Source: Bilabrum cf. latius (Eukaryota). From it: a stretch of 64,000 nucleotides of DNA. Positions 1 to 12,900 of the stretch are shown here, one piece after another. The stretch is from contig OZ237767.1 of NCBI GenBank assembly GCA_965178125.1, positions 744,001 to 808,000 of the forward strand, given 5' to 3'. A program made the position numbers and the translations under genes. The stretch's first letter is position 1; each line of letters begins with the position of its first letter. The notes below the pieces were generated by a model. That model had not been told where the DNA came from, ran no database searches, and worked only from the letters and a program-made list of their open reading frames with translations.

Positions 1-1233
1 TCGCTGGCAGGCGTATGTGCGTGGTCAGCAGGAGGCGGAGCTGCGGGCGGAGCTGGGCCGGCAGGAGGAGGCGCTGGAGGCTGTGCGTGCATCATCGAGT
101 CGCGATCGCGCTGATGCTGACGCGGCCATGAGCCGTTGTTTGGAGGAGCACGCGCAGGCTGTGTCGGCGCTTCGGTCCGAGCTGGATGGGGCGGCTGCCC
201 GGGAGCGCGCGCTGTAGCGGAAGCAGCGCCGGCTTGCGCTGGACGCGGTGCAGCGTCTGCGCAGTGGCGCTCGGGGTCGTGTGTTTGGTGCATGGCGTGG
301 CTGGTCGTAGGGCCGGGTGACAGCTCGGCGGGTGCTTCGTCGTCTGGTGAGCAGCCACACGCATGCTGGTTTGCTGGACGGATGGCGTCGCTGGCAGGCG
401 TATGTGCGTGGTCAGCAGGAGGCGGAGCTGCGGGCGGAGCTGGGCCGGCAGGAGGAGGCGCTGGAGGCTGTGCGTGCATCATCGAGTCGCGATCGCGCTG
501 ATGCTGACGCGGCCATGAGCCGTTGTTTGGAGGAGCACGCGCAGGCTGTGTCGGCGCTTCGGTCCGAGCTGGATGGGGCGGCTGCCCGGGAGCGCGCGCT
601 GTAGCGGAAGCAGCGCCGGCTTGCGCTGGACGCGGTGCAGCGTCTGCGCAGTGGCGCTCGGGGTCGTGTGTTTGGTGCGTGGCGTGGCTGGTCGTAGGGC
701 CGGGTGACAGCTCGGCGGGTGCTTCGTCGTCTGGTGAGCAGCCACACGCATGCTGGCTTGCTGGACGGATGGCGTCGCTGGCAGGCGTATGTGCGTGGTC
801 AGCAGGAGGCGGAGCTGCGGGCGGAGCTGGTCAGGCAGGAGGAGGCGCTGGAGGCTGTGCGTGCATCATCGAGTCGCGATCGCGCTGATGCTGACGCGGC
901 CATGAGCCGTCGTTTGGAGGAGCACGCGCAGGCTGTGTCGGCGCTTCGGTCCGAGCTGGATGGGGCGGCTGCCCGGGAGCGCGCGCTGTAGCGGAAGCAG
1001 CGCCGGCTTGCGCTGGACGCGGTGCAGCGTCTGCGCAGTGGCGCTCGGGGTCGTGTGTTTGGTGCGTGGCGTGGCTGGTCGTAGGGCCGGGTGACAGCTC
1101 GGCGGGTGCTTCGTCGTCTGGTGAGCAGCCACACGCATGCTGGTTTGCTGGACGGATGGCGTCGCTGGCAGGCGTATGTGCGTGGTCAGCAGGAGGCGGA
1201 GCTGCGGGCGGAGCTGGGCCGGCAGGAGGAGGC
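1..1233 (+). repeat. 387-bp near-identical coding tandem repeat, ~3.2 copies visible
   Basis: Identical blocks recur at 387-bp spacing (ORFs at 317/704/1091 and 25/412/799); the length is a multiple of 3 (129 codons). Confidence 0.95.
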
Positions 1234-3085
1234 ACTCGTGACTGCTGGTCGGGATGCGGCCGATCAACTAGCATCTGAGCGGAAGCGACTGGCAGCTGAA
1301 GGGGACGATCGCATGCGGGAGGCTGAGAGTCGCTATGGGCAGATGCTGCAAGAGCGCGACGAGGACATCCGCCGCTTGCGGGAGAAGGTTCATTTTCGGA
1401 GTACATCTGGCAGCAGTATTCATCCGGCCGCTAAAGGCTCTTCTGTTTCCCTGCATGACTACCTAGCTTCGCTATCCGTAACCGAAGCGGAAGTCGGTGC
1501 GATCTTGTCAATTCTTCTTGTGCGTTTGAGAGAAGTTCAAACTTCTGCTGAGGCAGCGTTGGGTTCAATGAGCGTAGACCACGGGCGAATCGACTCATCC
1601 GGGATGTAGCTGATCCGGTCGCTGCACTCAAGCATGTCTGCCAAGTGCCAGGACGTGCAAAACGCGATCGAGCTGACAAGAGAATCGTTTGGCCGACTCA
1701 AGACAAGTTTGACGGATGATCATCACTCTCGTCAAGGTACAACGGCGACGTCTTCCATTTTGGCCATGCAGAAACATCATGCTGCGCTGTCGGTGCTTAG
1801 AGGCTAGATTGCCGAAGAGCAGGCTGCGAATCAGCTCCTTCGTTCAAGGATCCTAGCTGTGTCTGCTCCAACGCCAGATGCTTTATTTGAAGCAACATAG
1901 ACTGGTAGCAGGCCCTAGAGGGACGCGGCAAAGGCCATTGGCGAGCTGATCGACGCCGAGGTGCAGCTCAGGGCAGCCGTCTCAGCTGCGCATGCCTACA
2001 AATCGTCACTTAGGCGCCACGAATAGCCAACATCAGCACCTGATGTGCCATCGAGACACGTATCGTTTGCGGATTTCGTAGGGTCCGGAGACTCAAGCGC
2101 GCTGTTGCAGGTCCTTAGTTCGGACTCGCACGCGTCAGCAAGCAGGCAGGCGCCGCTGGTGTCGTACTCTACCAGTGCCTCGGAAACTGTTGAAAACGCT
2201 GAACCTCACATGGAAGCTGTGCACCACGGGCCCCATCCCAAGCTGCAGGTGCTGTAGGCGGTTGTGGAGCGATTGGTGTCCAACAGCCAAGGTGTCCTCG
2301 GCTTACTTAGACAGGGTTGGCGAGCGGAGCTTGACGCCGCCTCATCCTAGACAAGCGCCCGCATCGACAGGTCTAGCCTCGAGCGAAGTCGACCCACAAT
2401 GAACGTTGCACTGGCCCAAAGTGCGTCCGGTCTCCTGTCTGGCCACCATCATGGCACGGGAGAAGACGGGGACACTTTCAACTGCAGCCAGTCCATGGCT
2501 CTAGTGCTGCCATCTCGCCCCAGCTCTCCACCGCCGCAGCCCCCAAGGGAACAACGGGCAGTCTTGGGTGGCCCGCACACCCTGCGAGGCGTGATTGACA
2601 GCTTGCTACAGGCGAGTGAGTGCCTTGGATAGGAGCCCAGGGAGGGGGCAGCACACGACAGCAGGATGGGCCCGGCCCTGCGCGATAGCGACACTGAATT
2701 ACCCGCCTGTGGTCCAGGCATTGCGCAGGCCGAGGACCTGCTGGCTTGGATGAGGGTGCTCACTAGCACCAGCACTGTTGTCAGCACTGGTGCTGGCGCT
2801 GGCATCGGCCTGCATCGTCGGGGGTATGAACTTGGTCTTAAGACATTATGGGAGGCGCTCCAGAGGCTCAAAGTTGATAATAATGGGGCACTTTAGTAGG
2901 AAGAGTCTCGGGGCAATCATGGCGCCCAAGTGGCAGTGTTGCACGAGCACCTTCTCGAGGCGTGCAGGTCTCTGGCGGTGCAACGGTTTCAAGCTGCGGC
3001 GGCTGGGCGGCACATCGATGCTGCCCTCGGCAGCTTGCAGAGCAAGCTCAGAAACTCGCATGCTCCATCATTGTTGTCAAGCTAA
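1..3085 (+). CDS. 5'-truncated large repeat/coiled-coil protein with Trp-rich Sfi1-like repeats (TAG read as Gln)
   Basis: ORF pieces 17, 317, 704, 1091, 2045, 2399 and 2666 share one frame and are separated only by TAG (including TAGTAG at 2894-2899). The first other stop is TAA at 3083-3085, followed by AT-rich UTR-like sequence. The 129-aa repeat contains RVFGAWRGW and LLDGWRRWQ motifs. Confidence 0.75.
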
Positions 3086-3613
3086 TATGATATTATTGAT
3101 GTTGAAGTTGTAGTTTGGTTAAATTTTGTTTTGTTTTTCTGACTGACAGCTGCAACGAGAAGGGTGGGGCGGTGAGAGCAGGTGGGGTGGGGTGGGGTGC
3201 TCCACTCAGCCTGGGGGCTCCCAGTGCCAGCATGCCGGCAAGCCATTTGCCCCCAGGTCGCGGGCACGTCGCAGCTCTTCGCCTTGAGCTGGGCTTCTGT
3301 CCCTCTGTGGGCCAGGGCCTGCCCAGTGGCCGATTCACTTCAAGTTGGGCGTTTACACTATTGTAGAAGTGATGCTGCTTGTCTGCGATTGAGAAACATG
3401 TTCTGCTATATACCCAGAGGGAACCGTACTCTACAAGTTCCGCAAAGTCCTGAGGGCTGGCCATGCTGGGCCAGCACTACGGCTCGGGCCTGCGGCGCGG
3501 CGCGGCGGCTGTCTCTCCCTGAAAAAGCACGGTACAACTTCAAGCCGTTCTCGAAAACCAGATTGTCTCTATCTGTTTCCCCAGTCACACATTCAAGAAC
3601 TACCAAATCTGAC

Positions 3614-4741
3614 ATGGCTTCGGCATCAAAGGAGATTGATGAGAAAATCGCAGCTGACATGGATGCTGCTGACCCAGAGCAGAAGGAAATGATGAAGGAG
3701 GAATGCATTGTTGTGACTGATGACGATGTACCGATTGGGCCTGGTTCGAAGAAGGAGTGTAAGGAATGCTCATGTTCGCGCCGACTTAATAACGCAGGCA
3801 AGGAAGTTATGCTTGCCGTTCGCCGTATGATTCCCCTGCAATCTGTCGTAGGTCACGTGATGGCGAACATCAAGGGCGGAATGCTGCACCGGGCGTTTTC
3901 GGTCTTTTTGTTCAATACCAAAGGCGAGGTACTGCTGCAGAAAGTAAGAATATCTTATGAGATGCTTTCAATCAGCACCGTGTCTGTTTCTTTGATGAAG
4001 CACGGTATTGATGCCTTTGCTGGTTTTCAAGAGACGCAGAGAGCATCGACAAAGATTACTTTCCCTGACTACTGGGCTAACACGTGCTGCTCCCATCCAT
4101 TGTGGCGTAAAGCTGAGCTAGAAGAAAAGGATGCCAGGGGTGTCAAGGTGGCCGCCATCCGGAAGCTGGAGCAGGAGCTCGGGATTCCCCCGGAGGACGT
4201 GCCGGTGGAGAGCTTCACGTTCCTGACAAAGGTGCATTACAGTGCCGCGAGCGGTCCTGGCTCGCCGTGGGGGGAGCATGAGATAGACCATGTACTTGTT
4301 TGCGTGCCTCCGAAGGATGTTCGGCTGCGCCTGAACCCGAACGAGGTCGGCGAGGCCCGGTACTTTGCACCCGGCGAGCTGCTGCCCTGGATCGAGGGTG
4401 CGCCCAAGCGCGGGGATCTCGTGTCTCCCTGGTTTCGCATCATCGCGGAGAGGCTCCTGTCCCCGTGGTGGAAGGTCGTGCTGGAGACACGCAAGGAGCA
4501 GCAGGACAAGGGCGAGGCCCAGCCCGGTGACGCAGCAGCCGCGCTGACTGCCCTGGCACAGCCCGATACAATCCACAGGGCAGGGGATTTCGACGCCGTG
4601 GGTGTCCGTGTGCTGGAGACTGTAAAGGCCTCTGGAGGCGCCTCGGGATCTGGCACCGATGGCATGGAGGCTGCCTCCCACGGCCGCGCAGAGGAGGAGA
4701 GCAAGTCCCCTGGGCCTGTGGAGGTCGAAGCCTCCAGCTGA
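3614..4741 (+). CDS. IDI1: Isopentenyl-diphosphate delta-isomerase type 1 (Nudix fold); introns 3759-3851 and 3944-4039
   Basis: Motifs LHRAFSVFLFN, KITFPDYWANTCCSHP, AAIRKLEQELGI, WGEHEIDH and SPWF. Removing two GT-AG introns restores KKECHVMANI and LLQKRASTKITFP. TGA stop. Confidence 0.93.
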   Translation: MASASKEIDEKIAADMDAADPEQKEMMKEECIVVTDDDVPIGPGSKKECKECSCSRRLNNAGKEVMLAVRRMIPLQSVVGHVMANIKGGMLHRAFSVFLFNTKGEVLLQKVRISYEMLSISTVSVSLMKHGIDAFAGFQETQRASTKITFPDYWANTCCSHPLWRKAELEEKDARGVKVAAIRKLEQELGIPPEDVPVESFTFLTKVHYSAASGPGSPWGEHEIDHVLVCVPPKDVRLRLNPNEVGEARYFAPGELLPWIEGAPKRGDLVSPWFRIIAERLLSPWWKVVLETRKEQQDKGEAQPGDAAAALTALAQPDTIHRAGDFDAVGVRVLETVKASGGASGSGTDGMEAASHGRAEEESKSPGPVEVEASS

Positions 4742-5348
4742 ACCCGGTGCATAGTATGTTCGACTTGAGCATCGTTTTGCCTGTGCCTGCCTCTGCTCGG
4801 GGTGATTGGCACGGGTGCCTTCGCCTAGGCGCAACCCAGCCTGATGACCAGCTGCCGTGCTCTTGCACGATTTGCTGGATCGGTCTGTGCGCCCGTGGCT
4901 TGTCTGTCTGTGCATGTGTACAAATTAGAATTTACACTATACTTTCCTGATTTTAGAGCCAACTATCACTGATTCACTACCGTTCCTTGTCAGCCCTTTC
5001 CTGCATATTTCCTACCTAATGAGCCTATGGTGAGCCAGACAAGGGCAGCTTCTCCTATTTTCTACTACCTTTCTTGAAATCCTCTTCGAATTTTCTTCGA
5101 ACTGATGCGTCCTTTAGGTGATTTGAGAAAATGTAATAGCCCAACAGGCTGCCGATCGCCGCAGCCCCTAGCACCTCAATCCGTGTAATGGTGGGTCCCC
5201 GGCCAGACATATGAGCTCTCCTGGTCGTAGTAGGCGGGTACTAGGCGCTCTCGGTTTAGCACGCACGTGGTAGAAGTGTGCCAGCATGTTCCATTGGGCT
5301 GCTGCTCCGGATACCCGTCGTTGTGCAAGGAGGGACTTTTAATTCTCC

Positions 5349-8300
5349 ATGCCGCAACTGAGCAGGCTACAAAAGCTCCGTTCGTTATTCTTCTCCACCC
5401 ACCCTGATGCTGCTGCATTCATTGTTGTGGCGGGGCCCGACGCTGCTCAAGATGAACCGAGTATGGTGATTCTAAAGTACTTGTTTGCCCCATCCACTGG
5501 CCCAGCAGTATTACAGCCCGAGGCTTCGTCTAGCATTGCAGCACTCGATGATGTTTTCCTTGTGGTTTTTCGTGATAGCGCTGTAGTGTACACAGGGGGC
5601 ACCAAATCTCAGGGCTGCGACACCGTAAAGGGAACGGCATCAAGTTGGCCTGGCACGGAGATTATGCAGTTGCCCGACAAAATGAATGCCCAAGATGCAA
5701 AAGCAGAGGAATTCAAGGCGCGGGCGTTCGTAGAAGCAACGTATGGGCTCGCTGGTGAACTGGTAGGCCTACTTTTCAAATCACCTGAAGGGGCCGACGA
5801 TTCAAACGACGAAGCAGCGCCCAAACGACTGTCAAATGCCCAGTCTTTGGTAGAAACGTGGCCTTTGGTCCAGGCAACTGCACTAGAATCCCACGGAATG
5901 CGTTCGCGGGGCTTCTTTTCGGCCACGCGGTCAATAGTCCCGTGCGGAGACCTGCTAAAAGCGGTCCTCGATGTCGATGGAACTACGATGCTGGACCTCG
6001 TGGGAGCAGCAGTCCCACGGTTAAATTCTCACTTTCATCGGTCTTTGAAGCTGCTTCAATCGCCGTTTTGGTCGTCTTGTGGCCACTCGCTGGGTCATGA
6101 TGCGAGCAGCGGCCGTTGGCAGGTATTGCCAGCTGCTGCCCAACTCTCGGAAGCCAAGGTGGCGGAGGATCTGCTGATGCTGCGCGAGTTTGCGGCGCTT
6201 CAGTAGGAGGGTGTCCTACATCTTCCTACTACGCAGACTCTTCTAGAAGTGCCACCTGACAGGGCTGGATGCTGGATGGGCATGCGCACGTCTCTGCTGC
6301 CCGCCACGCTGTGGGCTGCTGCTGTAGGAGGGAGAGGGAGAGATGGACCCGGCTTGGGCGATGCTGCTGCATCCAAAGGGGTCGATCGAGCCCCGCCCAT
6401 CGGTCAAGCTGGGCCTGCTGGTACGCTGGCCACGCACGCTGTGGTGCGCGGGCACGATCCCAGCAGCGGGCTGCAGCTGGCCCGCACGGTGATCCTGCAC
6501 GCTGGGGGCCTGGAGCAGAGCGAGTCTGGCAGCAACGCTGCTGTGTCGGCTGCCCTATCAGCCCTTCAAAAGGGCCATACGTTGGCGCAAAAGGCCATGG
6601 CCTCCTGTTTGGCGCGGGACGCTGGGCGTGCAAGCGGCGCTTCTGGCGCAGGAGACGAACTAGACGGGGGCAGGTGCTTGGTACGACTGGCTGCTGCTGC
6701 ACTTGCGGCTCTCACCAGAGCATGGGGCTTCCCTGCCATCGCTGAGTCCTTGGGCAAAGAGGCAATTCAAACGGCGAAATCCACTTTGCAGGTTGTGATT
6801 GATGTCACCAATGCAGCCGGGTAGCTCGAGGGCAGCGTGAGGGCGACGCCAGCCGGCTGCTCTGGTCCTTTTGATGCTAGGATGGCCGGAGAATCCACAG
6901 CATCGGTACATAGAACCCGTGTAGAGGGACGTGCAGGATCGGGTGAGCAAGATGTGGACGTTGACGTGGCTGGTGAGTGTGGGGCGGCCCCGTCATCGCG
7001 CATCTTGGTGGTGTCCTGCTGCTGCGGTGACGTGCGTGTGTTCGGGCGAGCTATTGGGGCCATGCTTCTCACTGACTCGATCGTTCTGGTTCCAGAGCAC
7101 ATTAGTGTATAGAAGAAGCCAATGCAAGGTGCGGGCTTGCTTGCGGCCTCCTCTGGGGCAGGGGCGGCTTCGGCGCTTCCTCCACGCAAGCCAAGTGCCA
7201 AGGCTGCCGCTGGCGCTCCTTGGTTCCTCTCCGATTCGGACGGTGCGGCCTGGGATTGCGCCGGACCACTCTCCTACGTGCCTTTGGTGCTCACAGACGA
7301 GGTACCTTTGTGGCAGAGCATGTAGTGGCCTTCGGCTGCGTCGGGTCAAGCAGCAGCAGCTCCTGCAGGTGCCGGTTCAGCGAGGGGGCGGGGAGCCACG
7401 GAGCTGCCAATCACAGTGCATTAGCTACTAACCGCTTCTAGCCGAGCTGTCCGGGCCGGTGCTTTGTGTGACATTGCTACTGGTGGATCCAGCATGCCTC
7501 TTGCAGTCCAGGCCCGGGTGCTGGCGACAGACAGCCGCCTACAAATCGCGCATCCTTTGCTCGGGGTCGTCACACTGGCAGCCGATGACGCGAGGTGGTA
7601 CGCGGAATACATCGCGGGTTCAGATATGGCCAAGATGGCTGGTACTAGGCTGCGCAAATACGAGGATAGAGTGGCGGTGTACTCTCAAATAGCATGCACC
7701 GGGCCCCAACCCGATGACGAGGCCGTGGTAAAGCTTGTTCAGTCCATCGAAGACGAGGAATCGGGCGGACCAGGTCAATTTGGTGCCATATGGAGACGCA
7801 AGACTTCGGCCGGGGCCAAGAGTCCTTTTGCACCTTCTGACGCTCTCATTCTGAAGCTGGATGCAGGACTGGCGCCCCGAAGGTCTACGACAGCATCAAC
7901 TACGAATGTGTTGGTGCTGCTGCTGTAGCAAGGGTCTCATGTCCAGGCCCTGCTGCGGCCATTGGTGAAAAAGTGGGAGGCTTCTGACCCAGCCAAGTCG
8001 TCAGCTGCAAGCGCGCGCCCGTCGCGCCAGTGCCTCGCAACCGTCGGTCGTAACCTGTGCGGCAGGTACGCCGTCGCCTGGAATGCGATGGTTGCCGCCG
8101 AGTGCATGGAGCGGCACTCGAGTATGCTGCACCCCAAACAAGCTCAGTGGGTGGATGAGTGTATACGTGCATCGACATCACACGCGCCTGAGGCCGTACG
8201 TGTAGACTTCTACATTGGCACAGCGGACTCGCGAGTGTGCCAAGTTGCTGCTGCTGCTGCTGCTGCACGGACTGCAGCCACCCCATTGCTCGTTGACCTG

Positions 8301-9809
8301 CACTCCAAGCCATTCAGGGCGGACGATGTCGCAGCAGAGATATATAAATCAATTCTTGCCCATGCTTCAGCTGAGTGCAATCATGTTGTTGTGGTGCTGC
8401 CTGCAGGAGTGGGAGCGTACGGCGCCACCGCTGTGATGGTCGAGCTTTTCAGTGCAGGTCACTGCTCCCCGAGGTTAGGGAACGCTGTACTGTGCATTGA
8501 GTGCAGTCAGCATGTATCATCGTCGCCTGGAAGTGGATTTTCGAGCCAGCTGCTGGCTCGCTGCGCAGTTCCCGGCGTGCTGACGCATGTCGCCGTGTTG
8601 TGCTCCAAAGGCCTGCGTCCCGGTCGGGAACTGTCGCAGCAAGTGCAGCGGCTGCTGCATGTAGTGGAAAATGCATCAAAAGTGTTAGTTGAGATCGACT
8701 CATCTGTGTATGAGCTTTCTATTGGATCTGCTGCTGTGGATGCGCTCTGCTCAGCGGCTCCTGCGGACCGTTCGCGAGTCGTGAGGGCCAAACTCGCCGT
8801 GGGAAGACCGCTGTCGGTGCAGCCATTTGATGGTGCTCAAGCTCATTGGCCGCAAGAGGTTACCGTCGAGATGCATGCGCCGTGTGTGCTGGACGGAGCT
8901 CGCCTGTCGCCACTCCTCGAGTCTTTGCAGCGCCCTACCACCCGGTGGTCTGCAGCTGACCTGAGCGCAAGCCACGCTGGCACGGTCGGTACTACCTTGC
9001 TGGAATCGATCGGCGGGGTGCGAGGCCGCTTCTATTCAACCACTGAAGAACCCATTGGTGGTTAGGGGAGTGTGTTGGGTGGCAAGTACGGCGGTCTACG
9101 CTTGAGTGACGCCATGGTGGTACGTGGGGGTGCTCTGATGCTTGAGGAGGCAGCAGTTGAGACTGGGGATGGAGAGGCTATTGGCAGCGGTGGAATGATT
9201 CGGGTTCGAGTATTAGATCCAGTCCTTTTTGGATCGAAGCATGCACCTGGAGCCACTTACACAGTTGAGGGTGTAAAGGAAGCCTTGGGACGCGCCCTTG
9301 GAGCGTGTCGGCCCCAGATACCCGCTCTGCTGCCCCGCCGAGACTACGCCGGGCTCACTGCAGAGGAGCGCCGGGAGTTTCAGCACTGCTGCAAGCAATT
9401 GCCCGTGCCTGCAGAGTGGATGTATGATGGGTCCAGGTGGGTGTCCTTCGATGGGCGTGTCTCGTACTTGCATCCCGCCCACGAGGACGCCTGGCGCGAA
9501 TGCGAGGCAGCCTTGAACCGCAGGGTTGACGAGTTCAACGAGACAATTAAGGGGCTGCGGGCCAGAGCCAGCCGCGAGGCAGACGCATTGGCAGGCACAG
9601 CTCGTGATCCATGGTGGAAAGACATCCCTGACGAGCCCACGGTGTCGGGCCCTGCTGGGATCGCGACCGTGATGGGTGAGTCAGTAGTGCAAGCTGCCGT
9701 TCGAGATCGGATTGGGGTCCAGGAGGGGAGCGCGACTGATCCGGATGCTGGCCCCCCAGAGGCTGCAAGTGGCGCAGGGGCAAGCGAATCGAAAGCCGGG
9801 GGCGACTAA
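5349..9809 (+). CDS. DNAAF9: DNAAF9/C20orf194 (Shulin)-like dynein assembly factor, ~1486 aa (TAG=Gln)
   Basis: A single frame broken only by TAG (6204, 6822, 7110, 7323, ~7422, 7926, 9063), ending in TAA 9807-9809. N-terminal LDDVFLVV..AEEFKARAFV..VETWPLVQATALE..GFF and C-terminal LPVPAEWMYDGSRWVSFDG..HP match my recollection of C20orf194 motifs. Confidence 0.8.
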
Positions 9810-9981
9810 CCTAACCCTGAGAAACCGAATCCAGATTCTGGACCCGCTCATCCCAGGATCTCCGCAGTTATAAAGGAATTCTGTTCCGGGTTGGACTTCG
9901 TGGATAGGACCTAGTTTGGATCAATCTACCTCAACAATAGTATGAGAATCTGATGAGAATGCACGTCAAATCGAACCAAGT

Positions 9982-12900
9982 TCAGTCATTAAGCTGGCAA
10001 AGCAGCGCCACGCCCTTGAGTACCCAGTTCTTTGGCTCCACCCCAGTCGGCATCTCCACAGCCACCACAAAGTTGGTGCTCATGCCGGTCGTGCTCAGCG
10101 TGCCTGCTCGAACGCTTGTCTTGTACACGGGAGCGGAGTACTCGTCTGGGTTCGGCTTGTAGTCTTTGTGCGGCATGAAGTGGATGATGGGCACCGTTGA
10201 AAACATCTCGCCTGGCTTCGAGTCGACCACCGAGACCTTGTCCGAGTCCCAACGAGCCCCGTCCATGTAGAGGCCGTGCACCAGCACGCCATCCGCAGGG
10301 ATCTGGTCTTCCTTGAGCTCATGTGGGCCCATCGCCTTGTAGATAGTGAATGAGAAACCAAGGGCATCGATGGGCTGCTGGAACTTTCTGGCGTGGTTCT
10401 GCAGTGTGCCAGTCATGAAGCCCTGAGGGAAAAAGAAACCGCTGAGCCAGAAACTCTTGGGCTGCCCGTTTACTAGCCACTCCCGCAGCATGGCAATACG
10501 TGAATGCAAGTCCTTGACCCACGATGCTAGCGGCTTAAGAGACGGATACGCCACGTTTTCCCAGTTGCCTGGCACCTGGTTGTTCAGCATGGAGCCATAC
10601 ATGCGGTCCAGCTCGTCCGACATGAGGGCCTCTCCTCGGATGGCCCTCTGAATCTCCTGCAGCGACTCCCTCATCACGTGCAACAGGCGGTTGAAGCGCA
10701 CCATTTCCTGTGACAACACAGTCGCGAGCGAATCCATGTGCTCTCCCCGCATCACGAATGTGCCAGCACCTGCTTCGGACCGGTGCAGCGATTCTGGCAG
10801 ATCCTCGTATATTGAGGTGGACAGCTCGCTCACCTCCTCATCGGGCGTCTTGCCGCTGCCAGAGCTGCCTCCTGTCCTGGGCTGGATGGACAGGCTGGTC
10901 TTAAGGATAGAGTCCGTTTCGTTCTGCTGGAAGGTAATGTTGGCATTCTCGTGCATGCCAAAGATCTCTGGACCATCGTCGCGGGGCAGCTTGCGCACGT
11001 ACTGCTGGAAATCGGTTATGGGACCACTAGTAGGCGCGTAGTACGTGCCTGAAGGGCTGAACTTGTACCCATCCTCGAGAATGTCGGGTTCATAGAACTG
11101 CTGCAGGATGCTCATCAGGCAGCGGCGGTCCCAGTCGTCAGTCACGCGGCCACCATAGTTGATTTGTCCTGTCACATAGCGCATGGCATCCCACGGAATC
11201 GTGGGCTGATCTTGCAGGAACTTCTTCAGCACCAGAATGCTCGTTTCAAGATCTGAGTCGTTGAACTCGTACCGGATGTTCCACCCGAGCGGCCCGAACT
11301 TGCGCCGCTCCTACACCACAGCGTGGAAGAAGCACAGCCCGAAGGCCAACTTCTTCCACGCATGTACTCGCTCCACCCCGTTGGCAAAGTGCTCAGGGGT
11401 TGCTGACATCTGCATGCCATCCAAAGCACCCGCCCCCGGGGCCGCACCTGGAGCACCAGCAGCACCGTCGTCATCTTCTTCGACGGCCTCGGGCACCGTG
11501 CCCTCGCAAGAATCCCACGGAGTCCATGAATCCAGTTGGCCGAGAGAGCGAGTAAGGTTCGCCCGAATTCCCTTCGGCGGCTCGTTGGTGAGCTTCACTC
11601 CGTTCTAGAGTACAGGAACGGGGAAGTACGGCGCCGGCATTGATGTGAGCCACAGTCGGAAGTCAGGGTGGACGAACTCGGGCGAGCCGGGGATGGGACC
11701 CGTTCCATCCGCCGCCCCAGCGGTCTGGCGCCGAACGCAATCAGCTAGCTCGTCGCAAATAGCCTCAAGGGAGGGCATCCAAGACTTGCCCAAATGACAA
11801 TTCTGCAGCAACACCCAGTCACCATTGGCCTTTGCCCTGTTGATGAGCGCCTCGGCCCGAGCCCCCTGCCCCTGCCCGAGCGAGCACAGGTGCAGGCGGT
11901 CCATGTAGTCGACCTCTTTGGCGTACGTGTACAGCACCCCCGTCGGATCTGCACCAACGCTCAGGATGAACACCACTGGCGTGTCCGCCCTGGTTTCTCC
12001 ATGCACAACCTTCATGCTGACGGGCGGCGACTGCACGAACTCCTCGCCCAAGTGCTCCACAACAAAGTCCTGGGTGGCGAAGACCAGCTTCTCCTCGCGG
12101 AATGCCTTCAGCACCAGCATGCGCTACATAGAATTGAGTTGATCGCACCACGGCTTCGGCAGCGGAAATGAGTGCGGGTCGTCACAAGCGGCCCATTCTT
12201 GCCACTGTGGCTTGGTCGCTGGAGATACGATGTGGTCAACCAGAGCAGTGAACTTGTCCGGGATGCCCTCTTCCAATGCCGCCAGCAGATTCCAGCCATT
12301 CTCACTAACACTATCCGGCATCGGGTTCTACGTCTTGTTGGTGACCATGCCTGCGCCTTTGAGCAGCAGCGACCACTCAGAGGTAGACACCTCTTTAGCC
12401 TCCCTCAAGATCTGGATGCAAACCAGGAACGAGAAAATGAGTTTGTGTGCCTCAAAAAGACCCCTGCACACATTCTTGTACACATTAAGCGTCATATACG
12501 CTTTGAGATTTTCCAGTCTCGTATCGAGATCGTCACTCTTGTCCGCCTCGTCGATGCACAGGTCGTACAACCTCTGGAAGTACGATAGCGAGAACTGGTA
12601 CATGGGGTCGATGCGCGCCAGGTCTGCCATCACGAAATATATGATTGAGCCGCGAGTGGCCACAGGGCGGTACTACTCTCGCATAGTGGTTATTTGAGCG
12701 TTGGTCTTCTCCGATTCGATGAGCCGCTCGCTGATGGTCTTGCTCACCACCTTGCTCTCGCCCAGCGTCTCGATGAGACCCACGTTGTCAACGACCACCC
12801 CTTCGCTGTCCCTAAGCATCCGCAGGATCTTCTCCTCGAGCTGGTTGAGCTGCAGCTTGTCGCTTGCCATGCTCACAAGCAGGTCGTTTTTCTTCTTCTC

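Noticed and set aside
3182-3613. N-terminal 144 codons of the 519-aa IDI1 ORF
   Set aside because: No homology signal; likely intergenic/5' UTR. The ATG at 3614 fits the family.
9806-9819. CTAACCTAACCCT telomere-like seed after the DNAAF9 stop
   Set aside because: Too short to distinguish from chance.
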